From the NCBI RefSeq assembly GCF_036321535.1, contig NC_087472.1, positions 98,644,001-98,708,000 of the forward strand: a DNA stretch of 64,000 nucleotides, given 5' to 3'. This stretch comes from Camelus dromedarius. Lineage: Eukaryota. Both the position numbers and the translations under genes were made by a program. The notes under the pieces were generated by a model. The model saw nothing but the letters and a program-made list of their open reading frames with translations, searched no databases and was not told where the DNA came from. This document shows positions 26,403 to 40,800 of the stretch, one piece after another. The stretch's first letter is position 1, and each line of letters opens with the position of its first letter.

Positions 26403-28314
26403 AAATGAATTACAGGCCATATAACATTTGGAAAAGACTATAAAAACTAAAATTTTAGTTGAAAAAATTTTCCTTCTGATACCATTTTATCGTAATGTTT
26501 TACACAAAAGACCCAGACCAGGGAATAATGCTTCCAGCGACCCATTCAGCAATTACTTAAGTACCTACGAACTTTGGGGCAATATGCATTCATGCATTTA
26601 ACTACCGTTGAAAAGACTCCTTTACCCTGCTAACTGGCAGGGCTGATAGGCTATAAACAGAATTCTCTGAGAAGCCAAGTATGATGCAGGGTGTGCAGAC
26701 TGATGCAGTGATATCAATCAGAGCCTGTGGTCTCTGGAAGACTTCTTAGAAGGTCAAGCCCCACTATAATGATCATCACCATTTCTACTCCTCTCCTCAG
26801 ACTTAATTATTTGTCTAAAAACTTAATGCTATCTTTAAGACAGAGCCTGGAAAAAAAATCTTGACTGAGTGACTAGGTGGTAAGATGTCAATTGTTACAT
26901 TTTACAAAACAATTCACCCTTCCTACAATCGGTTTCTGGTTCTTCATCTTAAACCAGAGTAGGTTTTAAATGCCAGGCAACTTTAAAAGGAATCTCAAAG
27001 AAATATCTGCTTTAAAACTCCCCTCTCCTAGAAAACAACCAAAAGAAAGTAAAAGGAAGAAAACTTTGTCAGCACTGAAACTAGAAGAGTGCCAACCACA
27101 TAACAGATAGACTAAATATGTAATGTTAAAAAATAAAAAGGTACTAGAAGAAAATTGGGTTTTGTATGAAAGCAAAGCCAAAAACAGGAAAGAATAAGAG
27201 ATAGATTTGAGTACATAAAAATTAAGTTTTTGTTACGATATATCAAAGCAGAACATTCACAGAAAAGTACTTAAACTATATTCAGTGATATACGACATCA
27301 AGACCAATGAATGAGGGCAAAGTAATTCACAGATACATTATGAAGTTGCTTAAAACTGCTCAATTTTAAAATACTGATATATGGTAATCTGAGATAGGAG
27401 CCTAAAAATGCAATAGCACATTAACAAAACAATGTTTGAATGGTTTCATAATTTTGTAATTTTTAACATTTTTGATGCAGAACATGATAAGTCAGCTGGA
27501 CAAGCAGTTTTCCTCAAAGTGATTTTCAGAACAGATTCCAAATAAACTTATAAATGCTCTTTAAGTAAAGATGAAATAAACTCTATATATTATACACTTA
27601 TTCTGCACTTCGATATTTAAATTTTTTAAACAAAGCCTGAAATGATTTTAATGACAATAAACAAAGACTGCTTGCTATTATCATGGAGCTTCAAGCTATT
27701 ACATACTAATGTTTTAGCTAAAACTGAAGCTGTTTTTCTCTTTGCAAGTCTTCAAAGTCCTTAACAAAGAATATTTTACTAACAGAAAAACAATTTTTAA
27801 TATGAATCACAGAGCGACACAACATAAGGGATTAGTTGTAAACCTAGGGATTAGTGATGTCTTTAATTATACAGCTTACTAGATAATCATTTGTTGTTTG
27901 TTTTATTTAAGGAAGCTTAAGGACATCTAAGCCTTTCACCTTTTATTCTGGCATTCTCAAAGACCTCCAAATTCAGGCTCCAAACTATCTTTCAAAAGTA
28001 TCTCTCATACATTCATATATCCTACACTGCAGCCAAATTGAACAACTCAGCTGTTTCCTTAATATGATTGCAGTTACCCAAAATGTGCTTTTCTACATAT
28101 TTAGTTGTTGAAATCCTGTCAGGTCTTGGTCATCAAGAATCAGATGGATCTCTCTTCTCTTTTTATCTCTGGATTTTACACTTCTGGTACTTATTACCCA
28201 TGCCTTTCTAATAATCTGTGTTAGTGTCTTGTCACCCCAAAAGATTATAGAGCTCTGAAGGGTAGATCACTAACTCCTCCACACAGCACTGAGCACAGTG
28301 GGCACCTGATACAT

Positions 28315-29800
28315 ATTCAATCATGCCTTCACTGAATAGTTACTGAGGTGATTACTATGTACTTAGGCACTGGAAATTAATGCCAAGCAAAAACTGACAT
28401 GGTCATTGACTTTAGGAACTTCATAGTATAATATTGAAGACAATCATTAATCATTTAATTGCCAAAACAGATGTGTAAATACAAGCTGTGATAACTGTTA
28501 CAAAGGAAAAAATACATCATGCTGTGAAAAACCAAAATGGAGACTTACTTATGCTGAGGAGGAAGTCAGGAATAACTTACTTGAGGAATCAATTACTGTA
28601 CTATGATCTATAAGCTTAAAAATTGTCAACTAGGCAAACAGGAGGAAAAGAGGGAACAATGCAGGCAAAAGAAAGAACATATGCAAAGACCCTATGCTAT
28701 GAAAGGAACACACTGTACATTCAAAAAACTGGAAGAGGTTTGTGTGGTTAAAATGCAGAGATGACAAAGAGAACGGAGCAGCATGGGATTAAAGAGGTGG
28801 GCCAGGGTGAGAGGATGCAGGGTCTTGTAGGCCATATTGAGAATCCTCACCGTGATTCTAAGAGCAATGAGAAGATACTGAAGGGTTTGAAATAGGTAGC
28901 ATTAAAAGTATTTTGTGAACATTACTCCAGCTGGAGTATGGTAAATGAATTGGAAGCTGCCAAGAGGGAGGCAGGTTGTGTCACATTTGAAGTAATCTAA
29001 GTATGAAATACTAGTAATTTGCCGTAAGATGATGGCAGAAAAGGAAGAGAAGAGACAGATTGGAAAGAAGATAAAATGTGCTGGACTTGGTGCTGGACTG
29101 AATGTATGAGGCAGAGGAGGCCATGAGAAGGAAGGTTATGCCTATCTTTCTGGATTACAAAAATGGTGACATTATTCACAGACAATGGAAACACCAAAAG
29201 AGAAGCAGTTGAGGGTAGCTAGTTCTTTTTCTGACATGTTGGGATTCCAGTTCCTTTGAGGCAGCCAGGTAGCAATGCTGAGCAGTCAGTAAGAAATAAA
29301 GGTCTGCTCTGAAGACATATATTTGAAAGTCATTGGTGTATAGGTAGAAAATTGAAGCCACAAGTGTTATTGGGACTGACTAGGGAAAATGAGCAGTGTG
29401 AAAAGAAGATTTAGAACTGAACGTTAAGAAACTCCAAAATGTAAAGGCTTGGTAGAGGAAAACTTGCAAAGAAAACTGAGGAAGTACAGCCAGAGAGGAA
29501 TGAAAAAAGAACGAGAAAAGGGTGGTGTCATGAAAGCCAATAGGGGAGGGGGGAGGAAACTGTTTCAATACTAGCAGTACAGGGCTGTGGTAAAAGAAAA
29601 GTCTGGGTCAGATGGCGAGATTCAAAGCCAACTCTGAATTTGACAATTAGGAGATTATCAGTGACTTTAACCAGAGTATCATAATGGTAGAAACAGAAAC
29701 CAGATAGAGCATGGAATTGAGGGGTGAGAAAGTAGAGGCCTTGCATGCAGAATATTCCTTTACGAGATGATATGGTGTTGGTGATAGAGCGTGGATAGGG
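28315..29800 (-). mobile_element. Long L2 fragment
   Basis: Purine-rich tract with L2 antisense motifs (aacatatgcaaagaccct, ggtcttgtaggccat, agagcaatgagaagatactgaagggttt, gtggtgtcatgaaagccaa, gtgactttaaccagag). Confidence 0.8.
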
Positions 29801-30604
29801 AGTTACCACAGTGGATCAAAGGCACTATTGTTATACCAATTTCAGACATTAAAGAACTAAAGGATATATGGTAAAAGTAACTAAAGGTGAATAATGTCAC
29901 CATTTATCTATTTGAGAGATTAGGTAACTCCCTAAATGTACACAGTAACTGACTGGCAAAAGCAAGGATTAAAACCTAGTCCCTGAGGATTCTGAAGTCC
30001 AATCTGCTTTGACTACATCAGATCATTTCAAGACTGAAAAAAATAGATCTCAAAAATAAAGTGGATTTATATGCTCGCAAAAAGAAGGGGGTAAATGGAG
30101 CTAGACAGAAACATGTAGTTATTAAAATGAAGAAGGGGTAACATAGGACAGTGGCTAATAAAATCGTACTCTTCGAAACCTACGTGGAAAAATTACTTAA
30201 AACTACCAAGAAGTGAATTCCATTCAAGTATACTCTGATGAATCAAACACAGTGTAAGGTACCTGGCTGGCATTCAATCTGAAGCTGCATTCAAATAAGT
30301 GAAAGGAGAAACACTGTGAAGTTTTTAGATGTCACTGAAACCAACACACTGGCTGGAGAACTCTTCCTTATGTTCTTCAATGCCATCCTTCAGTCACCCT
30401 CCTTCTACAAACAAGCAGTGGCTCTACAACAAACAGTATACCAGCTCTTTTCACAAGGATTCCCAAGAAAACCAAATAAAATAGAAAAAGGAATGTTGAT
30501 TTTCTTCTGAGCCTGTTCTCATTTACCCTGTCCTAATTTCTTTTAGAAAATGCTAAGCTAGCAATAGTTTTCCATTATTTCTAAATGGAAGAGTTGATGC
30601 TGAT

Positions 30605-30850
30605 TAACAGTAATACCTTCCATTTATTTTTTTTTGTGCTGTGTGCCAAGCATAGTTCTAAGTACTTCACAAATATTTTCTCATTTAATCCGTAGAACAA
30701 TCTTATGAATTACATATCATTATCTTCATTTTACAGATAAGAAAATTGAGATTTAGAGATCATGCCCTAGATCCCACAGCTTAATAATAAATAGTAAGGC
30801 AAGGTCTAAAACCAAGTCCATCTGACTCCAAATCCCTACCTTTATAGCGT
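30605..30850 (-). mobile_element. MIR SINE
   Basis: tgtgccaagcatagttctaagtacttcac...ctcatttaatcc...cattttacagataagaaaattgag...ctgactccaaa. Confidence 0.8.
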
Positions 30851-31772
30851 GTGCTAAATTAGAAGGAATTGGGATTGTCCCCAAAGTGATCATCTGTACC
30901 ATACCAAAAAGACATTATGCCAAAAATATTTTTCCATTTTCCATTTAAAACTTTAAACACATTGTTTTAAAATCCATTTATTTAAATTACACTTTGTATC
31001 AAAAGCTGTTTAAATATGTTATTTACACACATACATGCACACACAACTCAGCAGGATAACACAAATTGAAAGTAGATGAGAAAAAAATGACTGAGGGAAA
31101 ATACAATTAGCCATGAAATAGGAGCCAGAAATAATGGTAATACAAAAAATTCATACCAATGAAGAATATTAGACTTACTAAAGTGAGGAGGTAGAACATT
31201 GGCTATAAATTGTCTAGAAGCTCATAGAGAGGAAACAGAATTAGGTACACAGTTAAAAACATTAATTAGATAAAACCAAGTCAATTTCTCAGAGAAGTCC
31301 ATCTAATCCTAACAATAAAGCCAGAAAAAAGATTTCTCATTGGAAGAAATCCTTGTGTGGTGTAATGAACTTACAACTTCAAGGACACTATGAACAAGAG
31401 TGAAAAGGCAATCCACAGAATGTGAGAAAATATTTGCATGATTGACTGCCTTCAATCAATGTCTCCAATACACACCAACTACAGGTTCCAACTGGTCTTT
31501 TACAGCAATGTTGAAATATTTTTCCCCCTAAATTATGTTATATTGTATACCAAGTAGTAACTAGTTATCATGAAGACAGAAAAATAATTATATTTACTGG
31601 CTAAGTTGAATCATCTTTGGAAAATTGATAGTTTGTCACCAAATGCCTAAAATGTTTTGGGAATACATATTATATACTCATTTAATATAATGATAATTTA
31701 AAATGAAACACTCCTACTGTCAGACTTATCTTGAAAAGCATATTTACAGAATTAGACTAACAAAGTACAAGT

Positions 31773-32918
31773 CACAGGCAACAAAAGAAAAAAAAGATGA
31801 ATTGGACTTCATCAAAATTAAAAACTTTTGTCCATCAAAGGACATTATAAACAAGAGTGAAAAGGCAACCCACAGAATGGGAGAAAATATTTGCAAATCA
31901 TAATCTGACAAGGGATTAATATCCAGAATATATAAAGAACTCCCCTGTAACTCAACAACAAAAAAAACCCCTTGATTTTTAAAATGTCAAAGGGCTTAAT
32001 TAAAAACAGATTCCTCCAAAGATATATAGATGCCCAAAAAGCACATGAAAAGCTGCTCAACATCACTAATCACTAGGGAAATGTAAATCAAAATCACAAT
32101 GAGATACCCTTACACCTATTAGGATGCCAATGATCCAAACAAACAAACAAACAAACAAAAAACAGAAAATAACAATTGTTGGCAAGGATGTGGCTAAACT
32201 GGAACCCCTGAACACCATTAGAGGGAATGTAAAATGGTATAACCACTTTAGAAAATGGTTATAGCATAGTAGTTACTTAAAAAATGAAAAATAGAACTAC
32301 CATATGATCCAGCAATTCCACTTCTGAATATATATCCAAAAGAACTGAAAGCAAGGTCTCAAAAAGATACCTGTAAACCCATGTCCATAGTAGCATTATT
32401 TGCAATAGCCAAAGGTGAAAGCTCCTCAAGTGTCTATCAACAGACAAATGGACAAACAACATGTGATATATATATTGATACACACACACAATGGAGTATC
32501 ATTCAGTCTTAAAAAGGAGGGAAATTCTGTCACATGCTGTAACATGGATGAAATCTGAGGACATTATTCTAAGTGAAATAAATCAGTCACAAAAGAACAC
32601 TGTATGATTCCACTTTTATGAGGTACCTAGAGTAGTGGAATTCACAAGGACAGAAAACAGAATGGTGGTTGCCAGGGGCTAAGAGAGGGAGAATGGGGAG
32701 CTGGTGTCTAATAGGTACAGAGTTTCAGTTCTGCAAGTTGAGGAGCTCTGTGGATAGATGGTAATGATGCTAGCACAACAATGTGAATGTATACATCACT
32801 GAACTGTACACTTAAAAATTGTTAAGATAGTAAATTTGATGTCATGTGTATTTTATAATTTAAAAAATTTGAATGGTAAAAACGATAAATTTTATGTTAT
32901 GTATATTTTACCAGAATA
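31773..32918 (+). mobile_element. 5'-truncated L1MB-type LINE-1 (ORF2 end and 3'UTR)
   Basis: ttggacttcatcaaaattaaaaactttt, catatgatccagcaattccacttct, gaggacattattctaagtgaaataa, ggtggttgccaggggct; probable TSD aa(c/a)aaagtaca(a/g)gt at 31759-31772 and 32919-32932. Confidence 0.9.
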
Positions 32919-33837
32919 AAAAAAGTACAGGTTAACTAACAGATTAATCTTAGCCTAAATGTGCTACTTTCAAATTTTAATTAGACTTAAGCATTTGGGG
33001 AGGTATATGGGTTTATGAAAGCCACACCTATAAGTTACTAATATCTGATTACTAATGCTATGTCCTCGTGTAATCAAATTTCTCTAACACAATTTTCCTT
33101 TTTATTGACTACAAAGAAACCATCAAAGACAATGATTAACTAAATTCAGTGAATCTTACACGAAACTCATCAACATGATATCTCAACCAAGCTAATTCAT
33201 CAGGAACAAATAATTTGCCTAATCACAATGGGACTTAATATAGCTGCCATCTTTTTTACTATTTTCATCTAATGTCTAAACAATATTGTTAAGTGTGAAG
33301 ACATGCCAAAAAGTTTCAGCAATGTGTGAATTTTGAATTTTATAAAAAATTGTACATTAGGTATACCAAGAGGGGAAAAGAACTTTGTATCCAACTGCCA
33401 TCCAGATAAATTTCGAAGTAACAGTAGCAGAAAGGATGGATCAGTCATCTTTGAGTGCTGGGGGAGATTTCCTTCTCCAGGGATGACATGCCCATAGGCA
33501 GAAGGGAGCTGTTTTGGAGGGGAAACGTGGTGTTGATGTGGGGACAACTCTGAGTCATGTCATCGAAAAGTGTAAAACTTGTTGATCCAACTTTATTTCA
33601 GGTGTTATATCTAGTCTCAGCTTACCTCAGCCCCAGGCTTTGCTTAATACTCTTGGTTTCTTTGGATTTAAATTAGCTGCCTAAATCAATAACTACTCCT
33701 TATACTTCCACCATAGCACAGACCTCTACGCAACTAGCTTGCTGACAAACTAGCCTGCTGAGCTAGGAATCTCTCCCTTCCTGTCCCCAGTATCAGGATC
33801 CCTCCCAGGTGCTTTTTCAATCCCTGATACCAACTTC

Positions 33838-34250
33838 CATTTATTCATTCAACAGATACTTATCAAATGCCTAGTTATGATCTAGGCATTATTCTAGGGA
33901 GTATGAATAAAAGGTAAGCAGAAAGAGACATGGTCCCTTCCTTCATGGAGCTAACAGTTTACTGGGAAAGAAGCACATTAAAGAATTACACAAGAAATCC
34001 TGGTAAGTAAATCAAAGGGAAAGAAAGGCATCTTTGCATTCTGCTCCAAAAGCCTGTAATAGGGGGATATGATCAAATCCAAGAGCTCAAAGGTAGGTTT
34101 TCTGGGAGAAGTATGGCAAGAACTCAGCCTGGATGAATATGAGTCAATTAGACAAAAAGGGAGGTAAGAGCACTGGACTCTGGAAACAACAAAGACTCAG
34201 GGTTGGAGACAGGAAGAATGTGAGGCACTGAAAGAAGGCCAGCATGACTA
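33838..34250 (-). mobile_element. L2 3' end
   Basis: catttattcattcaacagatacttatcaaatgcct...agacatggtcccttccttcatggagctaacagtttactgg. Confidence 0.75.
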
Positions 34251-34916
34251 AAGGTTGTGTTCAGACCTGAGTTCGCAAACGCTCTCTGGCTTCAACGTGT
34301 AGCACAGTGACTTGTGGCCAGTTTGCCTTTTGCCAAAGGATCATCTATGGCAGGAACTTGTCCTCCTGCTCAGTACCTTCACTTCGATGGTTACTCCTGC
34401 CACGTGAGTTGAAGCATATAGCTTTCCCACACATACCATTTCTTTGCTATTTTATTCCTCCACGCTATCTACACACACAAACACACCCCCACCCACCCAC
34501 CTCTTACTCTCCTCCAGGTAAAGGAAGGTAAAGAAAAGACCTACAAGTAGAACCTATTCCATGTTATTTATAACTATACCCGATGTCTTCTGAATAACAA
34601 CTCAAAATCAACAGAAAAAATGTGATAAGATGTAGAAAAATCTTTTAAAAATGGTGATTTTTAGAAAAATAGTATGGTAATAGGGAGGTAAAAAAACTAC
34701 CTTTAGTAGTTACAGCTGATCATTTTAATTCAGACATACGCAACTAATTGAAATAACTTCCACAGAAGAAAACTCTAGCATAAAAGTAACTGCAGAAATA
34801 AAGAGTACTATCCACTAGTAAACTTAATCTCAACACATCTCCTATGATCTTTCTCTAATACAAAACAAATCTTACTCAGCATTCCAAATTCACTGTTTGG
34901 AGCCTCCTCCATTGTT

Positions 34917-34918
<2 letters not shown>

Positions 34919-34968
<50 letters not shown>
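34919..34968. repeat. (AC)25 microsatellite
   Basis: Uninterrupted AC run counted directly. Confidence 0.97.
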
Positions 34969-34970
<2 letters not shown>

Positions 34971-37900
34971 CTCCACAATAAATGAGTGACAGCATTATTA
35001 ACTATTCAATAATTTCACAGAGTCAAGAAAAAAGGAACTTTTGGTGTTTTAAAATTGTTACGACTCTAAAACAGGTTCTAAAGTATTAGGCTCAATTTAT
35101 TTTTCAGTCAACATTAACTTTCCATCTAATGTTTATATCACTTAGTTTTATTGAATATTAAAATTAACATAAAGCTATGAATTTTGGTCTTTTAACAAAA
35201 AGTTAAAATGTATTCATAAGGATTTATTTTCAAGATAAAAAGAATCCTACATTTATCCCACAGTCACTCCGGGGTTGTCTAATAGAAACATAAGTACTGA
35301 TACTGAATTTTATGTTTTCCTTCATGTATTAGAATCAATATATAATATACAATTATATTAAAAGCCAAATAATTTTTATTACCTATGATGCAAATTTTAC
35401 TTTGCCTAGGAAAACAGGCTGTTTGGAGGGGCTGGCTTTCTCCCCTAAAATTCCTAAGACCTCCTTAAAATACTTCTAACAATTATAACCCAAAACAATG
35501 TCAGTTTTCCATTGCTTCTCATACTTCTTGTGCATACAAAAGGTTTGGGGATCTGATCAAACTGTAGATTCTGATTCAGTTGGCCTGAGGTGGGGCCTGA
35601 CATCTTGTGTTTCTAACAAGCTCCCAAGTAACGAATGGTCATTACTACAGCAAAACTTGTTAGAGGCAAAAAGAGATGATATTTTTCAACAACTGATGAG
35701 GTCATTATCAAATAGGACAATAATGACGACTGGTAATACACAGAAATAGACACAAGTAGGCTTATGTTTTGTTGCTAAATCATGTCTTTTACAGGCTTAC
35801 CAGGCCCAATTAGGAAATATATTTATAGTGACACTCAAGGATCAACAAATATTTGCCTTAAATTTATAAACCACAAAAGAACAAATTTTTCATACTGTAA
35901 GCTAGTCAAATTTTTTAACCGAGTGGAAAGAAAAAAGACTATTACAAACTAATTGCTTATTTGAATAAATCTCTAATTGCCTGTTTAAAGGATAGGTATT
36001 TAGAAAACTTCGTAATTTTCCAAAACATGAAGTCTATAGAGAAACTCACCAGCCTAAACGAGCAGAATTAGTCTCATCCTTCACAATATTACCATCAATT
36101 ACAAATGAGTGCTGTGGGAAGTTCTTCAAAAAAAGGGGAAAAAAAATCACAAACAATACAAAGTCATGTTCTTTATCATTAAGCATTTCTAAAAGAGCTC
36201 CTAAAATATGAGAATCTTCTAGTATTTCTCCTAATTCCTCTCTGCTCAATAAAATTCTCCTTTATTATGATAGTATTCTATTGTAATCACCACCAGTTAG
36301 GGAAGTGGGGTTCCTCCTTTTGACAATCGAACTGGAAAAGGGTGTCAGGGAGCACTGCTTTCCTTTTGTTCCATCCAGATGTCAAATTCCTACCCGTGGA
36401 CTAGAATTAGAAATACCAGAAAATAAGAAAGGAAGGAGGAAAAAGTTCTAAAGAGATGCCTATGAGAGGAGAGAGGGAGGACATCAGAGATTTGGCTAAA
36501 TACTGTGTCAAAGAAACAATTTGACAGACTTGCTCTTTTTTTTTTTTAAATCTTGCCCTCACTCCTTACCACAGAGACAACATCGCTTCTCTAGTCACAA
36601 ATTAACCTCCATCACATCTGTTTCTTAGCTGATTGCAAGTGCTTGCCAGGAATTTAAGAATTAACTTTTAGATGACATTTGCAAAGTTCCAAGTCAGATT
36701 TAATCCTAGATTCATATGGCTGGCGACCCAACAGTTAATGGAGCTTAATGTTCTTGTGATCCTTCTGATTAAATTACTGCTCAAAAGCCTAGTTTCATAG
36801 ACAGCAGTTTGTAAGAAGAGAAAGATGCATGGACATCATCTTCACTCAGTTCTCAGAATTTAAAAGCTGTCTAACATGAAATGTAACTGAAGATCACTAG
36901 ATACTGATGTCATACGAGAACACAATTTTTAAAAAATTACCTCCACAAAACACGAAGACTAAAGAATCAGCTCTTCCAGGGAAAGGAGACTAAGGAAGAA
37001 GGGGAGAAAAAAGAATGTGAGGGTTGGGGGAGGTTAGGGCAAGGGCAAAGACCCAGCACATGTAATGACTTTATATTATGCAAAGCCCTACCCAAAAACT
37101 TCTGAGCTTGGTCCAACAAAAGTGTATTCACTCACTCTCCTATGAGACTTCAGTCACTGCCTGAAAGCAGCTGTGCAAACAATCTTTTAGCAAGCTTTTA
37201 TTTCAATTGAATCCCAAATCTCTTCACTGGTTAATTTCAATAAAAAGACCCTGAGGGATGCAAGATTTGCATACACATAAATATACTACTATTGACTGCA
37301 GCACAGGCCTATACTCAAGACAGCTGTAAATCAACCTGGGAAAGAAACCCAGGGCTTAGGAAGAATCATCTTGAGCAGGCACAAACTAAGCTATTTCCTG
37401 AACTGTCTTGCAAATGCTATAAATACAAAAAGTAAAACAAGCTACAGAAATACTGGTAGACATTTCTAAATGTATATTAAAAAGATTAATATTATCTTTC
37501 TATTTTAATTTTATAGCTGAGTCAAAACTGCTCCTTTTCCAAAGGCAATAAATAGTTCACTACTCATAACTTGACAGTAGGCTATGGAATTCAAGGTATT
37601 TTTCCAGAAATGGAAAAAATTTTGAAGCAACCTAGGGTGAATATGAATTTTTCACTTTAAGAAAGAAAATATGAATTATGCTAAAATATGTAACAATGTG
37701 AGAAAAGCTACAATTACTTTTTATTGTCAGCAGCCTCCCAGGAAACATGTTCTCTTTGGTTATAGTATCACAGATTAAAAGTCATTTAGGAAGAGTGTGA
37801 TTCATTCAATAATGATAAAGGCAACATTAAATTCCTGTTGAAGTTTTAGATATTTCTAGTTATGAACAAAGCACTCTAATCCTGACCTCACAGTGCTATT

Positions 37901-38595
37901 AATCCAAAAAAAGGTATAAAATTCAAAACAAAACCTTGCATTTCTATTCAAAACTGAGTCATGTCAAGAACTGATTTCATTATTTTTCATGGCAATCTCA
38001 AACCTTGTCAAAAAGGAGGAGAAAAACAACCAAATTACTTCTGCTTGACTAAGAGAGGCATGCAGTTGGTGACAATCTTGTAAGTACACAACAATAGGAA
38101 AAAAAAAAAAAGAAACTTAAAGATGATTTTTTTTAAAGCCTACCATAAAAAACAGAACAGAACTAATCTGGAGAAACTGGTGATGTCTGGAAGAAAGCGT
38201 GGCCCAGTAGCCCACTTGCTGTACTATGGCATCTTTTCTTCAACACATACAGGGTAGTCCAGCCTCAAGGTTAACTAATTCAACCTTGAGCAGCTAATGA
38301 ATATCCTTACTAGGGGAATTTCTTCTGGAATAAGATTTATTTCTTTATCCCTTATTTCTAACTTTTAATAATTTTTTAGAGTACAACCTTAACTACAGGT
38401 TTACATTTGCTTCAAAATATCTTATAGCTCTTAGATTTATTTCAGAAATAATAAAGTTCTAATACATGTCCCACAATTAAAAGCATTGGCAGACTCTGTC
38501 AAATGGGAAAAGAAGAGCTAGTAAAGCCAGAAAATCAAAAGTGTTACACTGAGGAGCAAAACCAATGAAACTTTTCAATTTATGGTTCTTATACA

Positions 38596-39070
38596 TGTGA
38601 ACAAAAAATACTGCAAACCGTACCAGTAAACAAAGAATGCTGAAGCCATCAAGTCATCAGCCGCTGCCACTACCCGCTAGTGAAGACAAGCCTGCAGCCC
38701 AGCTTCTGCAGCCACTCACAATGGTGCCCTCTGAGGGGACTCAGAATAAGAAAGGACAGGATACTGGTCCTAGATAGCTAGATGGTCGTCAAAGGAATCA
38801 ATTCAATGAGCCCAAATGTTTGCTCCCTCCCATACATAGAGAAGTGCTAAATTCTTTAACCTGAGATGTCTGATCTTCAGTTAACAAGTAATCTTTTAAT
38901 GTTCCAACTACCTGGTCTTTGTTGTAAAGCTCCTAGCTCCTCCCCTACCTCTTCGGAGCAGTCCCTTAGAGCGATCTGAGAGGCTGTCATCCTGGGATTA
39001 GTCCTCAGAATTGTACACCGAATAAAACATAACTCTCAACTTTTAGGTTGTACATTTATTTCAATCGACA
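38596..39070 (+). mobile_element. ERV1-class solo LTR (475 bp)
   Basis: TG...CA termini, exact 4-bp TSD TACA (38592-38595, 39071-39074), AATAAA at 39021, GC-richer than flanks. Confidence 0.85.
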
Positions 39071-39849
39071 TACATTTTGATCATTAAGACAAGAAAAAGG
39101 GAAGGATAACACAGACCACACTTAACATTTTGTTTTATAAACAGGCCTTACATTAACAACAGGATTAATATTCCTTGCATATGTGGAACACCCGAAGAAG
39201 ACTGCACACTTGGACTTCTAATCACTATAAACTGAAGAGAGACAAGAACCTAAATCTCCTACTCCCACCTCTGCTGGTCTTGAAAGGAAAGAATGAAAGG
39301 AAAGATTAGAGACAATGGAATACCCTCTGGCCCATCTGGGAGTGGTCCAAGGGTTTCCCTTCTCCACTTCTTCATTCTCAGAGGCTCGCTTTATGCATTT
39401 TCAGAGGAATACAAAAAAAGTTTTCAGGAAATATCTACATAATAATGGGGGCAGATGCCTTAATGGTTCAACAATTAAAATGTTAATGGTATCATCAGTA
39501 CATCAATAAATAAACTGAAATCAACCCAAAACAGAATTAACTTTTTACTGCTAAAATTATATTTTTATTATAAAATATGAAAGCAAGTTACTTGACAAAC
39601 TAAGTTACTAAGTGAAAATATGTAAAAATCATCCTCCACATAAATTTGTTTCCTAGAAGATAGAAAGCTAAATCCTTAAGCCTCAGAGACCACGAATGAT
39701 CATTTCCTTAAACTAACTTTTCTAAACCAATCGTTAGGATTTGTAAAAATATGGGACATTTATTTTTTAATTACAAAATTTAATTATAAATTAATGGTTA
39801 ATATATCAATTAACGAGACCTTATTAAATGTAAAGACACGTTTAGAACA

Positions 39850-40800
39850 ATTCAGAATCATGATCAACTATAAAACTTAAACTTAAGAACCATTCCCATT
39901 AAGGTCAAGAAATATTCAACATCGAACAGTGGCTTAGTCAACACAAAAAGGTAAGAAAAAGTAGGAGTTACGGATATTAAGAGAAAAAACTATCAACATA
40001 TGCATAATACGATTGCTTAGAATATTCAAGAAAATCAACTGAAAAACTATTAGACTAAGCAGGTTTATTAAAGTGCTCTAAAACAAGAGCAGTATACAAT
40101 AACTTCCCTATACACAACAAAGACAACTAGAAAATGTAATGAAAAAAATTCCATTCACAATAGGAACAAAAACAACAAACTACCTAGGGAAAAAAAGCTA
40201 ACAAAAATGTAGAAGACACTTTTTTTTTAATCTATCAAATTTCACTGAAGGATATAAAAGGAGATCCAAGTAAATAAAGGACACACACATTTCTGGATGA
40301 GAAGACCCAATAGTGGATGGATATTAATTTTCCCCTAGTTAACCTATAAATTCTATGTCATCTCAGTCAAAATCTTAATGTTTTTTTTTTTGTGAGACTT
40401 GACAAGTTGAACCTATATTTCATATGAAAAGAAAAATAAGCAATAACCAAGAAATATCTGAAAGAGGATAACATGGTTGCTGGTAGGGGGAGGACTTGCC
40501 ATTCAGATAGCAAACATTCTATAAAGCAACACTAATTCAAAACTGCGCTAAAATAAATAGATAAATAAACCAAAAAAGAACCCAGAGACTTTAACTTTAT
40601 ATATTGTACTTAAATTTTTTTTCTCATATTGAAAAGCTTAATCAAGGTTTAAAAAAATGAATTACTGGAAAAAAATACAGGACAAGATTTAAGAATAGTG
40701 GAATGGAAAAGGTCCTCCTAAGCAAGATACAACACCAAGTAGCCATAGATGGGGGAAAAAAAGTGACAGATAAGGCTACATTAAAGTTTAAATGTTTTCC
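39850..40800 (+). mobile_element. Highly degraded L1ME-type ORF2 fragments
   Basis: aaaatcaactgaaaaactattagactaa, attccattcacaatagg, aacctataaattc, gacttgacaagttga, ggaggacttgcc. Confidence 0.6.

Noticed and set aside
32817..32924. Doubled ~50-bp terminal motif at the L1MB 3' end
   Set aside because: Copies are diverged and this may be part of the subfamily consensus; no locus-specific meaning evident.
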